A stretch of DNA of 64,000 nucleotides, taken from NCBI RefSeq assembly GCF_001194135.2, contig NC_069005.1, positions 690,521 to 754,520 of the forward strand. The letters run 5' to 3'. Below the pieces are notes generated by a model. The model did not search any database. It was given only the letters and a program-made list of their open reading frames with translations, and was not told the origin of the DNA. Of this stretch, positions 11,088 through 24,499 are shown in pieces. The position numbers and the translations under genes are program-made. Each line of letters opens with the position of its first letter. The first letter of the stretch is position 1. Source of the stretch: Octopus bimaculoides (Eukaryota).

Positions 11088-14000
11088 CTACTTACGTCTT
11101 CTCTTAAACATGACAACCATTACACAGAGTTTCGTATGGGGTGACAAATCAACAGGAATAGCTTTCACAGGGTAGAAAGCTTTACCTTTCATCGTCTGTG
11201 ATTTCGGTCTCATCAAACTGCAACAAGAAAACAAAATCTCTCTGTATTAAGCTTGGGGAACAAAAAGGTAAAATTGGAAACTGAAGATTAACCTCCAATA
11301 TTTCTGGCAGATTCTATGATTTATAAAAACACTACTGAAGACTTCATCTTCCAAACTCTACAGTTTGTTTCTTTTACTTAAAAGTAAGCTTAACAAGTCC
11401 TTTGTCAGGTTGTTCCTCCTTCCCCTAAAGACAGACTGGGTAAGGAAGCATTTGAAAGTTGACCGTTTTAGCCATGGTTTTTGTGGTCAACAGGTTTGCT
11501 TTGCAACATGGCTTCAGGTTCAGTCCCACGGGGAAGAACCTTCTAATATAAACCTAGGGCCAATCAAAGGTGTGTGTGTGGGTGTGTTTACATGTGCTTA
11601 TATGGAAGTGTGGCAGTTGATGTGGTTGTCAGTTTCTGCTGTCAACAAATTGATTGATCACTTGAAAGAGACACAAAGGGCCTTCGAACCCGTGTGAAAT
11701 AAGTGATCCCCTATTTGGAGAACAGGTTAACGGTTGGCATCCAATCATTCAGAAAACGATCAGGGTGGTGGTGGGGGAACAGAATTTTAAAAACCACAAA
11801 AATAATAATAAAACGTATGAACAGAAGAAATAAGGCAGCTGAAAGAGTAGCAATGATGTAAATGCCCCGAACATCTAACAATAATAATAACTTACTCAGT
11901 GAAATTCTGAATGGCAGCCACAGGGTTACACGAGATGTAGATCACTCGATGGATGAAATGACAGCGGCGAAGGGCGTATATCACTTTGCTTTCTGTAAAA
12001 CAAGCAGAAGAAATAACAAGTTATTGAATAGCTATAGTTCCTGGTGAAAATTTAGGACAATATTCCAGTGTGATGTACAGATCCAGCAAACTGGGATAAA
12101 ATGTGCATTACGTTGATAAACACCAGATTGTCAGTCAAATTAATGACTGCAATTAAGATTATGATTTTTCATACCAACCCATCTCAGACTATCCTCCCTC
12201 ATTCTACTAAAAGAATTTCTTTCAACCCTTCAGTATTCAGATTAAATTGAATTATAAATTCTTATCTTTTGTCGTTTTGAATTAATCAGGCATTATCTTG
12301 TTCCTTTGAGATTTTGATGATGTGATTGTATATTTTTTTTGGAATGACATTGCAAGGTAAGTGTGAGAGACCCAATCTGGTTGGTTTGAACATAAAACAG
12401 GTAGAATATTGTAGCTGGACTTGGCCAGTTTAAATGCTAAATGAAAATGAAAGTATTTCGAGAGAAATCTAGCAGCAAAGGAGCTGCCAATGATTTTAGA
12501 ATCTACATCAATACTCCCCGCCCCCTCCTCACACTCAGGTCTTCTTGAATATGTTGCATTGTATACATCCAGGAATGACAAACTGATTGCTGTGCAGTGT
12601 TGATGGAAATACTAAACTGTAAAGGAGAGATGAATAATAAGAGCAGACGAGGAGACGGCATCATGCAGTGGCAGATTGTACAGCAAAACAATAAGGTGTG
12701 AGAGGCTGCATCTGGCCAGCTTCAAACTAAAACAATATTTGGGCCGGAAGTGATTGGTTTAAGAAACCCACGACGAGATAATCCAACATATTTTTTTTCT
12801 TTAAGATGGTAGGGTGTGACTTGAAGAACATTTGGCTGTTATTTCTTGCAAGTCAAGCAACCAAATAGCAAAATTAATTAGAAAAAAAAAAAAAAAAAAA
12901 TGAATACATAAACTTACGCATTTCAGCACAAGGCGAGTCGAGTACAGCTACTGCACTTTGACCTTTCAGCCATCGGTCTAACTGGTTGGTCACTTCCTCA
13001 GCCTTTGCATGGTGGAAGATAACATTAGTCACATCTAGAGAAGAAGAGAATAACAGGTTGTAGTCATCATCAAAATATGGATTTGTAGAAACACCAGAGT
13101 ATCAGTTGAAACATTTGACAGTTTGCAGCCCTTCACAACAAACCCCACTTTCTCTTCCCATGTTCGTTACAGCCAAGTTAATTAATTATTGACAGAAAGG
13201 TTCCACCACTGTAATTAAAGACAGGAATGGAACACTGATGCCCGATTCATTGACTTGAAGAGTCCAATTCCAGCCGAAGGATAAAGCTGCCAACAAGGCA
13301 GGGATTCTATCCACAGAGATTTCTTCCTCATTTACCCGAAACCATGGAAACCAGAGATAAACACAGTCCAGTGTGGACGTCCCTGATAAGAACAGTGTTT
13401 GCATTGTGACATCAATACCATATAAGAAAGTTCATTACAGAGTTTAAAACCAAATAATAGCTTAACGAACCCTTGGTAGCAACAGAAGAGACAACCTGGC
13501 TCAGAGTGGATTTGAACTTTTGTATCATTACAAACTGTGAATTTATATTGAAGTACAGAGCAAATTGTGGAGCTGTTAATTGCAACACAGAGTGTGTTGG
13601 TAGAGAGACATTTGGCAATGGTCAACTCAAATTTGGGAGAATGTAGCTTGATGCTATTTAAGTGTGTAGCCTTCTTTCGCAACACAGAATAATGCCACAT
13701 AAATCCAATGATCCAGTATTACACCATTTAATACTCCATCCACCCAACACAGCTCTTCCTGTCTTAAAAATGACCTTAAGAACAAGAAAGTTATTTACTA
13801 AATTCTTTCTTATTCCTAAAATTTACTGAATTAAAAAAGAGTGAATCTCAACAGAAATACAGTAAGAAGAAGGGAAAGACCTGCTCAAGAGCAATCATTT
13901 CCCTTCATCAAAACCTAATCCACATCTTTCTATACAGAAATCAACAACAACCTAGGACAGTGAGTGGTACAAAGGGATAAAGTGGGGCCAGGTAAATTTG

Positions 14001-15509
14001 AGGGGGGTCAAAAAAGTTATACAGTATTACTCTGGCACATAAGGGCTTTCAATCACCACCACCACCGTCATCATCATCATATCTAATGTCCATTTTCCTT
14101 ATGTTTGCCTGGATCAAACAGTTTATTGAGACAGATTCTTTATAATGGATGTCCTTCCTGTTGCCAATGAAGTTCATATTTCTTCACAGCCAGACATGTT
14201 TTTTCAGAAGAATGGAAACGAATGATGTTCATTTGCAACAATCATGTGATGTCAGGACAAGGAAACCCTAACATACATAACACACACACACGACGGATAT
14301 CTTTCAGTTTCCGTCAACCCAATCCAATAACAAGGCTTTGGTCATCCCAGGGCTATATTAGAAGACACTTGCCCAAGAAGTTACACATTGAGATTGAACC
14401 CAAAAACCATCTGATTTGGGAAGCAAGCTTCTCACCCACACACCCACATCAACAGACAAAAAGAAAACTAAGAAAAGATTGTATTTACTGTTTAATTCCG
14501 CATTCTTCTTTGCTTCCTCGATGTTGGCAGCCCACATATCAACAGCGACAACACTTTTTACCCTCTGAAACAAAGAGGAGAGTGTGAGAAGAATTAGGGG
14601 TACAAAGGAGAAGAAGAGAAAATAGTAGATGGGGTGGGGGGTGAGTGAGAAAGAGAATGACTAAGGTAATCAGTACGAGGGGGCTGAAGGTGGTCAGTTG
14701 GCAAAGTGACCAGCATGATCGAGGAAATGCTTGGTGTGGCATTTCTGGGATCTTTTTACATTCTGAAGTCAAATTCTGCTGAGGTCTACTTTGCCTTTCA
14801 TCCTTTCAGGGGTCAACAACATAAAAGTACCAGTTAAATACTGGGGTCAATGTAATCAAACCTTTCACCCTAAAATTACTGGCCTTGTGCCAGAATGTGA
14901 AACAATATTAGAAAAAAATCCATGCAACCAGCAGTTTTTCTTCTGCCGTTTCAATCCAATGGAAGCAAGTCTTTTTTTTTTTTAATTAATTACACTTTAT
15001 CAAAATGATTTGTTAATACTGAGTTCAACAGAAGGTAGTGGGATGGTAGAAACCACAGAGCACAATGGCTGAATGTACTGCAGCTCTTAATTTCAGGCCC
15101 CAAAATTCTGAGATCAAATCTAGTCAAAATTGACTTTGGAATATATTCTATCAGCTTTAATTCTTTAGCATTCAGCCCAAATATTTCACCTGTTTTGTGC
15201 TCAAGCCAGTTAGATCTGGCCTCTCACACCTATTCTACAATGTCATTCTAAAAATATACAATCACATCATCACCGTCTCAAAGCTGAGATTAATTCAAAA
15301 CAATGTGATTAAATAAGCATTACATTGGACAGAATAAATTCAAATTCCAAAGGATTAAATGAACGAAAGAGAGTTGTGTAAAGTGGTTTGGTATTAATGT
15401 ATCAACCTGGGTAGGTTTCAGGTTAGATTTTTAACAATGGAAACAGAACCAAGTTCGGTTGTTAGTTTTATGTGCATGCATGTATATTTGTGTATATACA
15501 GTATATAAG

Positions 15510-15548
<39 letters not shown>

Positions 15549-15775
15549 GTGTGTACATGTGTATATATATATATACAAGTAGAGTAATGCCTTGATATAC
15601 AAGTTAATTTGTACCCAGAGACAGCTCGTATGAAAACACGTAAACACTTGTAAACCTGGGGTCTCGTAAAGTGGGTACTTGTAAAGTGAGGTATTATTGT
15701 ATATATATATATTTCTGGGTACAAATGTATAAAGTATATGTGGGTGTATGTATAATTGTGTGTGTGCAAGTGCAC

Positions 15776-15815
<40 letters not shown>

Positions 15816-18800
15816 NNNNNNNNNNNNNNNNNNNNNNNNNNNNNNNNNNNNNNNNNNNNNNNNNNNNNNNNNNNNNNNNNNNNNNNNNNNNNNNNNNNNN
15901 NNNNNNNNNNNNNNNNNNNNNNNNNNNNNNNNNNNNNNNNNNNNNNNNNNNNNNNNNNNNNNNNNNNNNNNNNNNNNNNNNNNNNNNNNNNNNNNNNNNN
16001 NNNNNNNNNNNNNNNNNNNNNNNNNNNNNNNNNNNNNNNNNNNNCCAACCAACAGCAATGACAACAAAGTGATAGCTAACCTTGGCAAGACTCAGTGCCA
16101 CAGTGCCAGTGCTGCAGCAGATATTAAAGACAATGTTATTTGGTTCTTCCAAGCAAAGATCACCAACCATCGTGTAGAGGAGGGCTGCAGCAGGGTTGTT
16201 GACTAGAAAAAGAAAAAGTCTGTCATCATCATAAGTTTAACACATGTTTAAATACTAGTCAAAGGTTTAATTAAAATATAATGAACGTTCTTTAAAATAT
16301 GTTGGTAAGGGTTAGAGGAGTCAATTAGCCATTGTATTGCTATTCATTTCAAACTTTTTGTCAGATGCTTTCAACCTAATGTTTTAAGGCTTCGACCCAG
16401 TATTCCTCTGATATAATACAACCCATTTGAACCCATGACCTTGTGATATCAGTGATCACATTTGTGTTCAATAGTTATGAATGAGATTGACAGAACAAGT
16501 ACTGGACTTAATAGCATGAACAGAGGGGTCAGCGACTTTTACTAAAACGCTTCATTGACCACAGTCCAATGAGCAAAACAAGGAAGAACTCTGGTTAAGA
16601 CTGGAATTGGTGGAGAAGTAAAAACTTGTGGAGAGACTTACATGAGAAGAAAGTGTCAGGATAAATGTGGAAGCTAAGTTCTAGTAACACTTCTGTGATA
16701 CACTGAAACAGACACAAAAGAAAGTTCATTAAAATGTGACAGAGGTAATTGTAATTAAGAGAGAAGTCCTCTTGCTAGAACACAAAACTTAAATAATTAA
16801 CCCATACATTAGTATATTGCTACTGAAATACACTAGTTTTGTTTTAATTGGTTTTGAAAATAATGAAAAATTTAATAAAATAACTGTCATTATTATTAAG
16901 CTGGTGTTTGGAACTTAAATTAACAGGAAATTTTGAAGAAAGGCATTTTGTAGTGTGTCGCGGGTGAAAAACATGGCAAAGTATGCTTTCACCATTTTGT
17001 TGCCATATTTTTAGTAAAAGTACATAATGTGTGATTCAATTAATTTTGAAATAAGTTTTTTCTTGAACATAAATTAAGAAGAAATGTTGATGGGAAGTTT
17101 TAAGTTGGATCATTTTAAACAATAAGTTGATGTGATAGAAGCAATCTCTGGCAGGTTGATACCAAAAGAGTTTAATAGGGATAAGGGTTTATATAACAGG
17201 GATTAATTAAAAGACAAACTAATTTTAAATTTGATTAATTGATGAATTTCATCAAAGCCAAATTTTCTTTTTCTTTGCACAGATCAATTTTTTAAATTGT
17301 ACAAAAGATGGATCATACTAATTATTTAAAAAATATATATATTTATGCTAAATAAATGTTTTTTCCTCGTTAATACTTTAATTCTTGTAGGTTAATTTTT
17401 TCTGTTTTCAATTTCTCAAGATTAGTAATTGTAAAGAAAATGATAAAAAAAATAATCATGGAAAGAAGCCAATGTCTGAGCTAAAAGAAAACAAGCAACC
17501 GATGTTACCTTCTTGCCCCATAAATGTTCGTTGACAGCATGTTGTCTACAGCTGCCAAGTCTAGTGAAAGGAAAGAAAAACCGTTTAGAGATGAGAAGCA
17601 GAAGAGCTAAAACGAAATGGCTTAAAACTGGAGGTCAGGGTTAGTCGTTTACTTCATTAAAGATGAGGACATACAAAAAACAAAAGGAAAGATTTTTTTA
17701 AAAAATGAAAAGACAAAGATATAGAAGGAAAAATAGAATAAAAGACTATAAAAGAAAAGAATTGCAGGGGAAAAAAAGGAGAATAGAAAGAAAACCCACC
17801 AAAGTCTTCCCCTAGATACAAAGTAAGAAGAGTAAGCAAAAAGTAAGCCCCACACATTGTACAGAAGCAAAAGAAAATAAGGTGTGTGTGTGTATGGGGG
17901 TAGCAGAAACAGCTGTTTTGTTAACCCCCAAAGCTGCAAGCAAGAATCATATTCAAAGAACTTCTGAAGTAATACATTATTTCATTGCTCCACCGAATTT
18001 AAAAAGAGGATGAATTGTGTCAAGAGTTTAGAGATGCCGGAGCAGAGAGCCCCGTACGGATTAAGCAATTGCCTTCCTGAAAAAAGTTCAACTGAATTGG
18101 TTGAATACTAGACCAAAAGCCTTTGTGGCTTTTGGCCATCAAAGTATTCCCAATCCGAATGTCAAGAACCTGTTTGTCTTTAAATTATGCATTTCTCAGT
18201 TCCCTTATAATTAAGTTCTCTAATTTGAGGAGAATGCCAACCATTGTTGGTAAGTAGTATACTTAACCCAATGTAAAACTATTTGTCTTTATTCACGATA
18301 AAATGCCTACAATCATATCAATTATGTGTGAGTGTGTGAATATACACACAAAAAATAATAATAAAGAATGGAATTAGCTAATTATGTTTATTGTTTCATT
18401 AACTTCAATTAAACCAATTTTGTGTCATGACATTGCCATGTCATCAATGCATGTCTGTACACATATCATAATTTAACGTCCACCTTCCATGCTAACATGG
18501 GTGGGACAAATATTCATGTACGTCTTTCTGTTTGTGCTCCCCACTGCTTGACAATCAGTATCAGTTTGTTTGTCGTAACTTAGCAGTTCAGCAAAGGAGA
18601 CTAATAAAATAGGTACCTGACTTACAAAACAAACTAAAAAACTGGAGTCAATTCATTCAATTAAAACCCTCCAACATGGCACCCCAACAACCAATAAAAG
18701 ACAAAAAAAAAACATATATACAGGACAGGCTTCTTTCACTTTCTGTCTACTATCCAATCCACTCACAAGGCTTTGGTCAGTCCGAAGCTATAGCAGAAGA

Positions 18801-21800
18801 CACTTGCCCTAGGTGCCATGCAGTGGGATTGAACCCTAGAACCATGTGGTTGTGAGACAAGCTTCTTGCTATACAGGTACGTCTGTGCCTATGTATATCT
18901 GTAAACACCCAAACACGCTCACCTGTTACTCAAGCATCTGAAGTAGAGGGATGTCACGCCACACTGGACTCCATCACCATCAGAGAAATACTCCGTCATT
19001 GCAGCTTTCTCAGCATCCACTTCATCCTGCAAATGAAAAAAAAACAAACGACAAAATCAACTCGAGTCAGCTTTGTCTGGTCTGATTCTTCCTTCTTTTA
19101 TGAGTTTTCAAGAATCTAAAGTTTGAGTGAAAGATTTTTTTTTTTTGTTGCAAATATAATATAAAAACTATTTCTTGACTTAATTCAGCAGAGAGAGGCA
19201 AAACATCTGGTTCAAAGATGAAGGGGGAAAACCTTAAGAACCTTTTGACCACAGCACTCCCAAGATGAGCCTTTAAGACAAATAGATTTATGAAGAAAGG
19301 AAAAGAAATGTTACAAGAAATGGATAACAAAAAGGAGAGGGAGAAAGAGAGAGAGAGAGAGAGATCATCATTTGATATTCAGCTTTCCTTGCTTGGATGG
19401 GTCAGACTGAATTTGTTGAGGCAGATTTTCTAGGACCAAAAGACCTTCCTGTCACCAACTTTGACCTGTTTCCAAGCAAGGTCAACGGCCAGACATGTTT
19501 AACACAGAAGATTGGAAATGAATGACCTCACTTGTATGATGGTGATGTTTATTTACAATCAGTATTGTCATGTCGAGACAAAGGGGTACACACATACAAG
19601 CATCTATACATGACAGGCTTCTTTCAGTTTCCGTCTACCAAATTAACTCACAAGGCTTTGGCTGGCCTAAGATGCCACACTACAGGACTGAACCTGAAAC
19701 CATGCGGCTGGAGAGCAAGTTTCTTAACCGTAAAGCCACACACAAAAGACCAGGCAGAGAAAACAAACGACAAAAATACTTACATCTGAGAGAAACTGAG
19801 CATAAAAAACAGGAATGATCATGATATCGTTTTGGCTGGATGTGCGAACAATCAGCTGCCTCCAGTGACCATCATGTGTCTGGTCATTGTAAACATCGTA
19901 CTGGCTCTGACGGACATACTGTTGGAACACTTTGGCGATGAGTTTCATGGAATCTGGGAGATTGTCACAGGCGTACGGTTCGCCAACAACACTAGAACCA
20001 TCACGGTAACTGCCGACCCGAAAGCCAACTATTCTTTCATTAGTGCCATTTGAGCTGCTAGCAATGGTGAATTCAGATTTATTGCGATAAGCATTCAAAA
20101 CAGGTGAAGGCCTTATCTTTTCGATTTCACAAAGAACTCCAGAATGATTCTTCATCTGTTCCTTGAGCCAATTTCTCCATTTTGGACATGTGCGGTGAAC
20201 TTCCCAACTAAATTTCACCATGGCATCTCTGACATCAGAAGCTTTACGCTAAAAAAAACATTACAAAAAAGAAAAACAAGTAAATAAACAAAAATAAAAG
20301 AAAAACCCTCATTAGCATCGTTTAATTATTCTTTCTTATTTTTGATTATGTTTAATATTTTATCATGCTTTTGTGAAGAATGAGACCTGTAGTCCCTTGC
20401 TGTAAGCCAGTTCATGTAACCTATTCAAAGGGGAATGTTGCAATAATCAGTGAAAAAGGTAAGAGGACTGATGTGATAAAAGACATTAATACTAACACTA
20501 CAAAAACATTTTGGAAAGAAACCAAAGATGTCATGGTTGGCAAGGCAAGAAAAAAAAAAAAAAACATAATATACAAAGCAAGTTCTACCTACCCTGAGCT
20601 GATCTTCATATGGTACATCACAAAATGGCAATAAGGCTCGTTTAACCCTAAGAAAAAAAGGATAAATTAAAAATAGAATTATTAATCCCAAAGTCAAATG
20701 TCCATTAGATAGATCAGTGGTTTCCAACCTGTGATCCAAGGACTCCTGGTGGTCTGCAAGCTAAATTCAAAATATCACACACACAAACTAGACGACACGT
20801 GACCTGTTGGGTCACTGACGGTTCAGGTTATAAAACAATGGAACTGATTTCAACATTGAAATGAAAGTTAATTTTATGAGGATTCACTTAAATAATTCAA
20901 TTTGTTTGCGTCAGGTTTACAAGTTCATGTTTAAGGTTTTATTGATTATTTACAGCATCTAATAGAAATAGAACTTCCAAGATAAACTTGAACCCTAGTA
21001 ACAGCATTTATTTATGTTATATGTGCACAAAAAGGAATTGTTATACAATATAAATATAAAATTAATGGAAACAATTTTCCCATTTCAGAAGGTTGTTTGG
21101 GATGTGCTAGAATCTCCCTTGAATCACACACCCTTTCCTCTGAAAATATTTACAATTTTTTCTTTTTTCTACCAAAACAGCTCCTCCCATGGTTTTTAAG
21201 TTAAATCCTTAGGTACTCTGAATCCACAGCATCTAAATGGTATTCGTTGAAAATTTTGTTAAAAAGTATCCATTCTTCTGAAAGTTATGAGGTTACAAAG
21301 TCTGTGGGGTACACATCTGTAGTTATGCCAACAAAACTATCCAGTGTTCACAGTACAGAGCAACAAGTCCAGGTTTTACTGCTTAAATTTGTGGAACCCC
21401 CCCCCCCGCCAAAAAACCCCACATATCTCAGGAATCTGTGGTCCGATTTACGCGAACCTTGTTTTATTCCATTTGCATTCATATTTCAGAGCATTTTCCC
21501 ATCATGCACTGGTTTGACTGTATTAAATGACAGGCAGGCAAGCAATGAGAAGAATTTTAGTAGTATATAGATATACATACAAGGATAAGGATATTAAAAG
21601 GGGTCTATGGAGAAACACATTTAAATAAAAGGGGTCGTTGCTAGTGAAACGGTTGGGAATCACTGAGATAGATAGATATATGATGGTGGTAGGATGGTTG
21701 TGGAGTAGATAAAGTACCTATGTCATAATTATTCTAGGTACTCTACCTTATATACTCAACAAGGAGACAGTTATAGGATGTATCTATAATTTCCAGGCCA

Positions 21801-24499
21801 AAATGTGGACATTATGAACAGTTTCTGCTGTTTTTTTTGCATTACATTTTGAACTCAGGAATCACTTCCATTTACATGACTCCCACCGCCTCTAAATCTT
21901 AAATTTCATCAGCTTAAAAGTAAACAAAAACAGTAAAAATAAAAACATTAAATCAGAAATGAATTGACTGAAATTTCCACTTTGAAATGGCGTCAGACAT
22001 GAACAGAGTTCAATAAAATTCATTTTCTCCAGAATAAGTGTCAAAGTTTAGAAAACCTCCAAATAACCACAATCACCTTTGCATTAACCTAATCCACTGG
22101 ACAATATTGTTATCTGCTGAATAGTAAATCTAAAAGTGGGACTTAGAATAGAACAGCTGATAAGAGTACCAAAGTAAGAGTAAGGTGGTGGTGGGGGTGG
22201 GAGTGTCGATAGAAATGTGGCCAACATGAAGTGAAAGAACTTAATTTACAAGAATTAAAAACAAAAAATGGTTTTCACTTACTTTTCACCAGCTGTGGTA
22301 ATATCATCTGGGATGTCTATAGATATTTTACTTTTCTTGGACTCTGACACATCCTGAGATGACCCTGCAGCAAAACACCAGGACATTCGTTATTTAATGA
22401 TGGCAGTGGTGGTAGGGTTAGCAGAGACAGTCATCATCAACTGACAGCTTCTGAATGGATTTAGTAGATGGAAGCTGAAAGAAACCTGTATATGTGTGTG
22501 TGTGTGTGTGTGTGTCTTTGTCCTCCACCACTGCTTGACAACTGGAGCTGGTGTGCTTATGCCTCCGTAACTTAGTGGTTCAGCAAAAGAAACTAATAGA
22601 ACAAGTACCAGGCTTAAGAAATATAAGTCCTGGGGTCAATTTGTTCGACTAAAACCCTTCAAGGCGGTTGCCCCAGTATGGCTGCAGTCAAATGACTGCA
22701 ACAAGTAAAACGAAAAGAAAAAAAAAAGAGTTGGAAATAATTAGTGACCTGACATTTCTGTGAACTAATTTGTATTCTTAATGCCTCATCTTTCAGATTT
22801 ATTTTGAGTTTTGAGTTGTGAAAATGGTGCTTTGTCGTGTCTTGAGAATTCCTTGTTATTTTATTTCATGAATTTTATAAACAACAACTTTGCACAGAAA
22901 CACAACAAACATCTTAAAATGGAAAAGACTTACAGAACTAAAAATAAGTATACATATCGTATGAGCTCGTGTCACGTAAAAAGCACCCAGTCCACTCTGT
23001 AAAGCGGTTAGTGTTAGGAAGGGCATCCGACCTTAGAAACCAAACCAAATCAGGTGGGAATCTAGTACAGCCCTCCAGTTTGCCAGCTCTGGTCAAACCA
23101 TCCACCCTATGCCAGCATGGGAAACGGATGATAAATGATGACGATGACGATGATGACATTACCTCTAAACACTCAATCAAATGTCACTGATTATCACTGA
23201 GACAATGTCAACTAGACTGAAATATATCGGGTTACAAGGGCGGTGGGGAAAGGGTTTTAACATCAATGAATAAAGAATGAGATATAAAATATTTTACCTG
23301 CAACATCTTTACGCTTAGCAGACAGGTTCTCAAAGCTTTGATCAGATATCTATGGAAGAAAAGAAAAGAAATAAATAAAATTGGAAATTTGTAGGGAGTA
23401 AACAATGTATGCTTATTTCATGAACCAGGAAAGGATGAAAAGCAAAGATGATTGCAATAGAACTTGAACTCACATTCTAGAGAAAGCAAAACAATTGTTT
23501 TAATAAATTAAAACGTTTAATTCATTATCCAACCCTTTCTACCAATGCTTATAAGACGTATCACTACAACTGGCAGAGCGTCTCCATCCCTCCCTCCCTC
23601 TGTAGGTCTATGTACTCCCCAAAGACAACGTATTGCAGTTATCTCCCTTGGTTCGTGTTAGTCATCTGGAAGATGGTACTGTTGGTGACATACTTCTGCC
23701 ACTGTTCATTAGTGTGTGGGAATGTAATTAACTGATAGCTCATATGATGGTAAAGTCCTCACCCAGTCAATTATTTTAGTTAAAGTCTGCTAGCAACTCA
23801 ATACCAGCCACGTTACTAACGAGCAAATGGGGACCACAAAAGCCCGTTTCCATTTCAGCCCTTACTTCTGACGCCACGGCACAACTATTTGTGGTTCATA
23901 AATGTTATTGGAAAGGCACACATTAAGAATCGTTCTGTACATGGAAATAGCAAACACTTCTTATTTGCACATCACACATCATTCACCATACGTGCAAGTG
24001 TATTATACAACATCCTAGAGAAGATAGGTGTTTCTCTTCTCCTGCAAAACACCTTATCCTGTCCTCCTTTCCTGGCACAAAGCTCCCTCCTGCAATACTG
24101 CACCCTCAGTCAGTAAAAGGGTCTTATCTTGCAAGTCACTTGGTGACCCTACTAATGCTGGTACTATGAAAAACACCCAGTCCACACTCTGTAAAGTGGT
24201 TGGCATTAGGAAGAGCATCCAGCTGGAGAGACCTTGGCAAAGCAGACACTGGGGACTTAACACAGTCTTCAGGCTTATCAGGTCTTGTCGAACCATCCAA
24301 TCCATGTCTGCATGGAAAATGGACATTTGATGATGATGATGATGTGTAATAGGGAAAGACAATTCACACGACACTTCTCTCAACAGGATTCCAACATTTT
24401 ATTAGTCAAAATTGACAGAAATATCTAAAAACCACACAAAAGCATAACAGGTCTACTTACATTGCTGTTGTTGTTTCTGTTGGTTTCGGCCTCCATCAT
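11088..24499 (-). CDS. TRMT2A-like tandem paralog ('copy B'), 13 coding exons, 483 aa, no RRM, catalytic motifs degenerate (putative pseudo-enzyme)
   Basis: GT-AG exons in phase with no internal stop: 24499-24461 (MMEAETNRNNNSN), 23349-23298, 22364-22283, 20647-20593, 20248-19784, 19026-18923, 17560-17509, 16702-16642, 16202-16081, 14564-14489, 13034-12918, 11992-11896, 11217-11088 (TAG). Eight exons equal their copy-A homologs in length (55, 104, 52, 61, 122, 76, 117, 97 nt). Retains YRNKSEF, WRQLIVRTS and YISCNP. AATAAA on the minus strand at 10906-10911. The N-terminal exon assignment is less certain than the rest. Confidence 0.9.

Noticed and set aside
13190-13760. Coding-like intronic tracts (13190-13760, 32660-33050, 38170-38630, 39770-40010)
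   Set aside because: Stops in all frames and no recognisable motif. Probably old retroelement debris, but I could not assign them.
5754-16206. Long ORF-track entries containing X runs or IYIYIY (e.g. 7753-8610, 7863-8747, 15431-16048; also 53723-54536)
   Set aside because: They are open only because of N gaps and (AT)n microsatellites. Only short parts coincide with real exons.
19832-20053. Plus-strand ORFs antisense to real exons (19832-20053, 31781-32098, 45694-45903, 62513-62803, 63269-63484)
   Set aside because: These are shadow ORFs on the opposite strand of coding exons or repeats, with no independent support.
20385-20421. Candidate copy-B exon LHELAYSKGLQ
   Set aside because: The exon at 20647-20593 (VKRALLPFCDVPYEDQLR) matches copy-A exon 6 in length, phase and sequence much better.
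11088-24499. Copy B as a processed retrocopy or as the TRMT2B ortholog
   Set aside because: It retains introns at the same positions and phases as copy A and lies in tandem with it, which indicates DNA-level duplication of TRMT2A. Orthology still needs a gene tree.
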